From: Candidatus Hermodarchaeota archaeon
GTDB taxonomy: Archaea; Asgardarchaeota; Thorarchaeia; Thorarchaeales; Thorarchaeaceae
Reading direction: 5' to 3'
Assembly (NCBI GenBank): GCA_048885865.1
Contig: JBHLLF010000001.1
Coordinates: forward strand, 32,001-96,000
Length of the DNA: 64,000 nucleotides
The translations under genes were made by a program, and so were the position numbers. The notes under the pieces were generated by a model that had not been told where the DNA came from, did no database searches, and was given only the letters and a program-made list of their open reading frames with translations. Shown one piece after another: positions 58,798 to 64,000 of this stretch. Every line of letters begins with the position of its first letter. The stretch's first letter is position 1.

Positions 58798-59523
58798 ATG
58801 ACAATCGCTGAAGAGAGAATAGAGCAAGTGATCTCACGAGCAGAGGCGACACTCAGGGAGTTTGGATTTGGAGCACATGAGTCATCAGTGATTCTGGCCC
58901 TGAACCAGTCCCAGAGTGTCACTGTAGCCGATCTTTCCACAGCGACAGGCATCCATCATGCGAACCTGTATTCTGTTCTTGATGGCCTTGTGTCCAGAGG
59001 CTTAGTAATTGAACATGAAGGTAGACCTCGGAGATTCGAGTTCACTCCATTATCTAATGTGAGAGACCTCCTATCCACAAAACTGGATCAGCTCATACTG
59101 GACATGGAGAGGATACAACAAGAGCGAGAGACCACACAGCATCTGCCGACGCTGATCTACACAATCCGAGGTAGAAATGTGGTTGAATCAAAGATACAGG
59201 GCATGGTTTCCAAGGCAACAGAACGGATACTCCTAGTAACACCCACCTTGGAGATGTTTGATGAGCCCTTACATGTTGCTTTGAGGAGCGCATCAGAACG
59301 CGGTGTTTCGATACGATTGATAACTGCGGAAGCGGCTGTTGAGCCGGACTATAAGGTGGAGCAGAGAATCAGGGAAGATACTCTCGCAGTCAATCTAGTA
59401 GTCGATGGTGCAGAAGCCCTTATCTCAATGCCTGACCTGTCGGTATGTGGATGGGCTGATAATGCTCTGATATCTCTGCAGCTCGAGGGATTTCTTGAGC
59501 AGACATGGAATATGTCGAGGTAA
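58798..59523 (+). CDS. TrmB family transcriptional regulator
   Basis: LREFGF...LYSVLDGLVSRGLV...GRPRRF, followed by an effector domain (VVDG). Confidence 0.9.
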   Translation: MTIAEERIEQVISRAEATLREFGFGAHESSVILALNQSQSVTVADLSTATGIHHANLYSVLDGLVSRGLVIEHEGRPRRFEFTPLSNVRDLLSTKLDQLILDMERIQQERETTQHLPTLIYTIRGRNVVESKIQGMVSKATERILLVTPTLEMFDEPLHVALRSASERGVSIRLITAEAAVEPDYKVEQRIREDTLAVNLVVDGAEALISMPDLSVCGWADNALISLQLEGFLEQTWNMSR

Positions 59524-59529
59524 CACACT

Positions 59530-60903
59530 ATGGTAGATTATGATGTTATTATTGCTGGTGCCGGAACAGGAGGTGCAATCACAGCTCTCACCCTAGCCCA
59601 GAAAGGTCATTCAGTCCTGGTATTAGACAGAAAGGCCAGGGACACAATTGGCCTAAAGACATGTGGGGACGCCTTAGGTGCCCATCACATCCGAGAGCTA
59701 AAGGAAATGATAGGTCTCCCTGACTTACCGAAGGATATTGTCGAACACCACGTTTCAGGAATGGACCTCTACTCCCCTGATGGAGAGCACAAGCTCACGA
59801 TGGTTGGAGAAACCACAAGGGGTTACTCGTTTAATCGTCACAAGATGGGACAGTGGTTGGTTTCTCTAGTGGAGAAAGCAGGTGCCGAGGTATTGGCCTC
59901 CACTCGAGTCAAGAAGCTTCTGTTTGAAGAAGGAAAGGTCTCTGGAGTCAGAATCTCAAAAGAAGGAGATGATGCTGAGAAAGACCTCGCCGCACGAATT
60001 GTTGTGGATGCGACAGGCGCCACGGGCATGCTGCGTCGTCAGCTACTAGACAGCTCACCGATTGAGAAGACCATCGCTAAGGAAGACCAGATGGTCGCAT
60101 GGAGAGATATCTATGAGACCCCGGAATATGAATTCGAAACTCCGGATATTCTAGAGATCCACTGGAATCAGGAGCAGACACTTGGGGGTTATACCTGGGT
60201 GTTTCCCGCAGGTCCGCATAGAGTCAATGTTGGGCTGGGCGTTATGATGATTCCAGGTTATACCCATCCAAAGACAATCTTCGATAGATTCGTCAGGACC
60301 AACTGGGATTTCATGAAAACCAAACTCGTGACATATGATAGCAGTGGGGGGATTGCTCCCATCCGTCGTCCTATAGACACAATGGTGGATGACAACTTCA
60401 TGCTGGTTGGGGATTCCGCATGCCAGGTGAATCCTATACATGGAGGAGGAATTGGCTCTTCCATGCTTGGAGGAGTGCATGCCGCAAATGTTGCATCAGA
60501 GGCCCTTGAGAGAAACGACACATCCATTGATTCTCTGTGGGACTATAATCCTCGATACATGGAGGCTTATGGAATAAAGCAAGCGTCATTGGATGTCTTC
60601 AGATGGTTCCTACTCAATGTCACAAATGATGAGATTGACTTTGCATTTCAGAAGGGAATTGTGAAGGGTATTGACTTGCTCAGCGTCAGCATAACGGGCA
60701 AGATGGAGATTGGAATGGGCGACAAGTTCAAGCGGCTAGTTTCCGGCATCGGAAACATCCCACTACTGCGAAGAGTCAACAAGGTAGCTGGCTTGATGGA
60801 AGATGTGAAAGAAGTCTACAGACAGTATCCTGACTCACCTAAGGGACTTGACGCTTGGAAAGCTCGACTTACTCCAATCTATGATGCTGCAAAGGCATTG
60901 TAG
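59530..60903 (+). CDS. Geranylgeranyl reductase family (DGGGPL reductase-like)
   Basis: GAGTGG, CGDA, GGYTWVFP, VGDSACQVNPIHGGGI. Confidence 0.9.
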   Translation: MVDYDVIIAGAGTGGAITALTLAQKGHSVLVLDRKARDTIGLKTCGDALGAHHIRELKEMIGLPDLPKDIVEHHVSGMDLYSPDGEHKLTMVGETTRGYSFNRHKMGQWLVSLVEKAGAEVLASTRVKKLLFEEGKVSGVRISKEGDDAEKDLAARIVVDATGATGMLRRQLLDSSPIEKTIAKEDQMVAWRDIYETPEYEFETPDILEIHWNQEQTLGGYTWVFPAGPHRVNVGLGVMMIPGYTHPKTIFDRFVRTNWDFMKTKLVTYDSSGGIAPIRRPIDTMVDDNFMLVGDSACQVNPIHGGGIGSSMLGGVHAANVASEALERNDTSIDSLWDYNPRYMEAYGIKQASLDVFRWFLLNVTNDEIDFAFQKGIVKGIDLLSVSITGKMEIGMGDKFKRLVSGIGNIPLLRRVNKVAGLMEDVKEVYRQYPDSPKGLDAWKARLTPIYDAAKAL

Positions 60904-60927
60904 CGGATCAAGGACCTGTGTGTCTCA

Positions 60928-61872
60928 ATGAGATGTATAGGAGTTGCAGGTGGCATCTCTCTCTACGCTCATGATGATTCCTATCTCTCGTACTTCAATA
61001 GCCCTTTCATTGGTCACCGAAGGTTCAGTTCAATTGATGTGTATCCTGCAGATGGTGCGTGGGACGGTCCGGCGTTTTCACCTATTGATGGGAAAGTCAC
61101 CCAGGTAAGAACTTTGAAGATGGGAAAGAAGAAGGCCTTCCCAACTTCTTCTCGCGACTATGCGATTGCAATCGCACCAGAGGATGTGAAGGACACAGTT
61201 GTTCGGATTCTACATTGCATACCCAGAGTTTCCAAAGGTGATGTTGTTTCCAAAGGGGACTTCATTGGCAGTCTAATCAGGTCCCGTTACTTCTGCTTTT
61301 GGACTGGCCCCCACTATCATATCGAAGCTATGCATCCTAGGGACTTCATAAGACCATCACAATCCTTTCCAATAATAGCTGAAACTGGAAAGATTAGTAC
61401 CGATTTAGGAGATTCGACCAATCAGTTTGAGTGTGAGGTTATGAAATACACTCCAGATATCTTGGTCTGTGGGTCGCGTGAAATCCCTTCTGCTAGCATG
61501 AATGACTATCACGGACATTTGGCCATAATAGGTGACTCATCCAGCATACTTGACGCTGGAGTCCCCCATTATAATCAGGGAGGATTGTTAGGAAATACGA
61601 GTCCAGAAATTGATTCTGCGGTTCAAGCATTTGGCGTGCCGATCGGTAATGTTTCATCGGTATCTGAATCGTTTGTGCAATTCACAATGGGGAAGAATAT
61701 CATTGTTTCTTTGGAGGGAGAGAATCTCGGCGGAATATCGACGCACCTGTATTCCAATAGCCAGATGATTAATGGCCGTCCGCCGGTCCTCTTGATCCCA
61801 AAAGAACGCAACCAGTATGAAGGAAGGCTATCGGAGGGTGACATTGTCGTTCTCAGTTTAAATGTATTATAA
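60928..61872 (+). CDS. Conserved archaeal protein, M23-like barrel
   Basis: H...IDVY...SPIDGKV...LH...WTGPHYHIE. Confidence 0.65.
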   Translation: MRCIGVAGGISLYAHDDSYLSYFNSPFIGHRRFSSIDVYPADGAWDGPAFSPIDGKVTQVRTLKMGKKKAFPTSSRDYAIAIAPEDVKDTVVRILHCIPRVSKGDVVSKGDFIGSLIRSRYFCFWTGPHYHIEAMHPRDFIRPSQSFPIIAETGKISTDLGDSTNQFECEVMKYTPDILVCGSREIPSASMNDYHGHLAIIGDSSSILDAGVPHYNQGGLLGNTSPEIDSAVQAFGVPIGNVSSVSESFVQFTMGKNIIVSLEGENLGGISTHLYSNSQMINGRPPVLLIPKERNQYEGRLSEGDIVVLSLNVL

Positions 61873-61969
61873 TTCTCAGTCACGGATTTGAAGAAAAAAA
61901 GGAGGGAGAGGAGCGATAGAACTCCTCTCTGATGAGAGTTGTTCCTAAAAAGCGGAACACCATAATGCC

Positions 61970-62239
61970 TCAATGGAAATCATATGCGCAGTAATCGCAC
62001 CCGCCAGCTCCATCCACGACGTCATATGATCCGAGACCGTCATCCTCATGAATTTCGATTGGCACTCTGCGATGTATTTCCTTTGGCACTGGAACTCGAT
62101 CAACAGTGATGCCGTCCCTGCTTGAGTCGTCTTGATACGGTGTCGCTGACAATGCGTTCACTGCACTAGCAAACACAGCCGCAGCTGACATAGCAAAAAG
62201 GACGACTACACCTGCTGCCAATAAGGTCCTCTTATTCAA
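61970..62239 (-). CDS. Small secreted protein with C-terminal CxxC
   Basis: Signal peptide; ends GAGGCDYCAYDFH; GAGGAG upstream; hairpin plus T-run terminator at about 61893-61930. Confidence 0.65.
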   Translation of the reverse strand: MNKRTLLAAGVVVLFAMSAAAVFASAVNALSATPYQDDSSRDGITVDRVPVPKEIHRRVPIEIHEDDGLGSYDVVDGAGGCDYCAYDFH

Positions 62240-62392
62240 CTATACCTACTCTCCTCTATGGTACGGTGCATGGTCAAACTCGTGCCGCTGTCAAGAACGC
62301 TGCCAGATGTCTTGAGAGATTCTGAAAACAAATTCCTGCAAGGGGAATGGGCCATTGAGGTCCAAGTTTCTAAAGACATTGAATTTAACCAC

Positions 62393-62800
62393 GTAATAGT
62401 ATTACAAGTTACATTATATATACTTTTCGCTTACAATAATTATATTGCTTATTATCGTTGTATGATTTGAATTACTCTATCAAGTCATTAAAATTCAGGC
62501 GGAATCCCCAAGCACGGCACTTCGAGAACGCAAGGAAGGCAAGAACAATGTCCTTTCGCTTGAAGATTCCGTGTGATAGTATTACGTGTTACATTATATA
62601 ATTCTTTCGGATGTCAGAATTGGTTGTCTATTAGGTGTCTAGCAGTCTTCTTAGGACATTAATATCTGAAGCGTTTTCAAATGGGTGATCCTTCTTTTTG
62701 CTGAGAATGTCTATTGAATTGTGGAGGCAGCCACCGCTAGGGTATAAAATACAGTAATAGTGTTACGTAGAAAGATATATTAGACTATAATACTACAATC
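62393..62800. promoter_or_regulatory. Three GTAATAGTATTAC-type palindromes next to BRE/TATA elements
   Basis: Copies at 62393, 62573 and 62754. Minus-strand cgaaaag-tatatataa and cgaaaga-attatataa; plus-strand agaaag-atatatta. Confidence 0.7.
62500..62571 (-). ncRNA. Candidate small structured RNA
   Basis: 14-bp terminal stem that pairs fully (two G-U) only on the minus strand. It starts about 30 nt downstream of a TATA box. Confidence 0.45.
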
Positions 62801-62819
62801 AGCTGGAAAAGGTGATTAT

Positions 62820-63152
62820 ATGGGCGAAAAGAAAGGCTCATCGAAAGCCGCTGCACAGCTCAGCCTGAGGGAGGAACTTCTTGGTCAGCTCTCAGCAGAA
62901 GAGTTCGGTCTGAAAAAGCGTGAGATATCTGTAATGACCAGGATGAGTTCGGATGTTGTTGAGATTCTTGACGCTCTTGTTGAGCTAGAGATATTCAAGA
63001 GTCGTTCTGAAGCAGTTGCAGCCTTCGTTGAAAAGTCGATTGCATCTCGCGGCGATCTGTTCGATGAGATAAAGGTCCAGGCCAAAGAGATTACTCGTAT
63101 GCGTGAGACCGCAAAGCGGCTCGCTTTCAAAGCAATGCAGGATAAGAGCTAG
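62820..63152 (+). CDS. Ribbon-helix-helix (CopG/NikR-like) regulator
   Basis: SVMTRMSSDVVEILDALVE..IFKSRSEAV. Confidence 0.8.
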   Translation: MGEKKGSSKAAAQLSLREELLGQLSAEEFGLKKREISVMTRMSSDVVEILDALVELEIFKSRSEAVAAFVEKSIASRGDLFDEIKVQAKEITRMRETAKRLAFKAMQDKS

Positions 63153-63293
63153 CGCATGCTGTACGGTCACGCAATCCGCCAATTGCGGTGGCAAGATGGT
63201 GATTCCTAAATAATCGGCAAATCAGATTTCTGTTCCTTGCCGCAACTACATTTTCTATTGACATTAGTGACATATTGATTGGAAGTTAGGTTA

Positions 63294-63962
63294 CTACCAG
63301 ACTTCAGAGGACTGGCTCCACTCAGGTACATCATCATGTATTATTACTGGTCCTTTTCGGAGTTCGTTATAGTATAGCACAACAGATAGTATTCCGATCG
63401 CCAATGCTGCTGCATGGTATATGACATCGGTTACACTTGGCACGGCAATTGCCGCAAGGAAATGGACCATAGGCCACATTACTTCTATCAGTCCATATAT
63501 CGTGAAGACACTTGATTGGGACGACCTGTCACGAAGCCGGAGAAGTATTATTCCAAAGATGATTGAAGATGTCCTTCCCACAATGAAGCTGCTGAGGCTC
63601 AAAGCCATTAGCATTTCAACAGTACCTGTTGTAACGACATACGCAATGTATATCTCATTCAGAATGAGGACTACAGCATCCAAAGCTGCGACAAGAATCA
63701 ACGGAGAAGCTTTGTACTCGATAGAAAGACCAATGACTCCCGTAATTAGAAGAATAACTACGAATCTTCTAATGATGTTTAGAATGCTGATCTGAATTGG
63801 TCCTACAGGCAATATAGCCAGGAAAATAAAGATTGATGCGATACTTCTTGCCAGTCCCAATATTCCACCAAGAAGGCCAGCAAGGATGAAGATTCTCGTA
63901 TGTCTACTCAGACCAACTAGTGGCTGGCCTGTTGACTGGCTGTTGTGGTAGTATTTCGCCAT
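63294..63962 (-). CDS. Six-TM membrane protein
   Basis: Six hydrophobic segments. Confidence 0.65.
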   Translation of the reverse strand: MAKYYHNSQSTGQPLVGLSRHTRIFILAGLLGGILGLARSIASIFIFLAILPVGPIQISILNIIRRFVVILLITGVIGLSIEYKASPLILVAALDAVVLILNEIYIAYVVTTGTVEMLMALSLSSFIVGRTSSIIFGIILLRLRDRSSQSSVFTIYGLIEVMWPMVHFLAAIAVPSVTDVIYHAAALAIGILSVVLYYNELRKGPVIIHDDVPEWSQSSEVW

Positions 63963-64000
63963 CCAAACACACTCGTATGAACCTTGTATGAATGACTACA

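Noticed and set aside
62524-62534. 11-nt match (gagaacgcaag) between the sRNA candidate and the duplicated leader
   Set aside because: Too short to distinguish from chance in 64 kb.
1-64000. tRNA, rRNA, transposase or integrase genes
   Set aside because: None recognised by eye; tRNAscan-SE and Infernal would be needed to exclude them formally.

Overview
Gene-dense 64 kb archaeal chromosomal segment, most likely from an Asgard archaeon (Thorarchaeia-like). This is inferred from a Rab-like GTPase, a profilin-like protein, an arrestin-fold protein, 24-aa LRR and SBBP surface proteins, archaeal BRE/TATA promoters, TrmB and a geranylgeranyl reductase. I found no rRNA, tRNA, CRISPR array or transposase. 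Content includes: a sulfur-relay cluster (dsrEFH, a second DsrE-like gene, tusA, DUF22, NIF3, radical SAM); many peptidases and amino-acid catabolic enzymes; an orphan glycyl radical enzyme; a four-ATPase double UvrA next to PadR, BtrH-like and beta-lactamase-like genes; a His-less PAS kinase fused to a thioredoxin-like domain; and a BMP-family nucleoside ABC transporter. The most unusual structure is non-coding. (1) At 981-3200, two ~1 kb cassettes, each a secreted-protein gene with a ~90%-identical, apparently structured 155-nt leader, are bounded by three copies of the dsrE promoter/5' end. (2) At 5562-5671, palindromes are phased at 43 bp between divergent sulfur-carrier genes. (3) At 62393-62800, three operator/promoter units are spaced ~180 bp apart and link an RHH regulator, a candidate hairpin sRNA and a small secreted CxxC protein. 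All calls come from motif reading by eye; no database searches were run.
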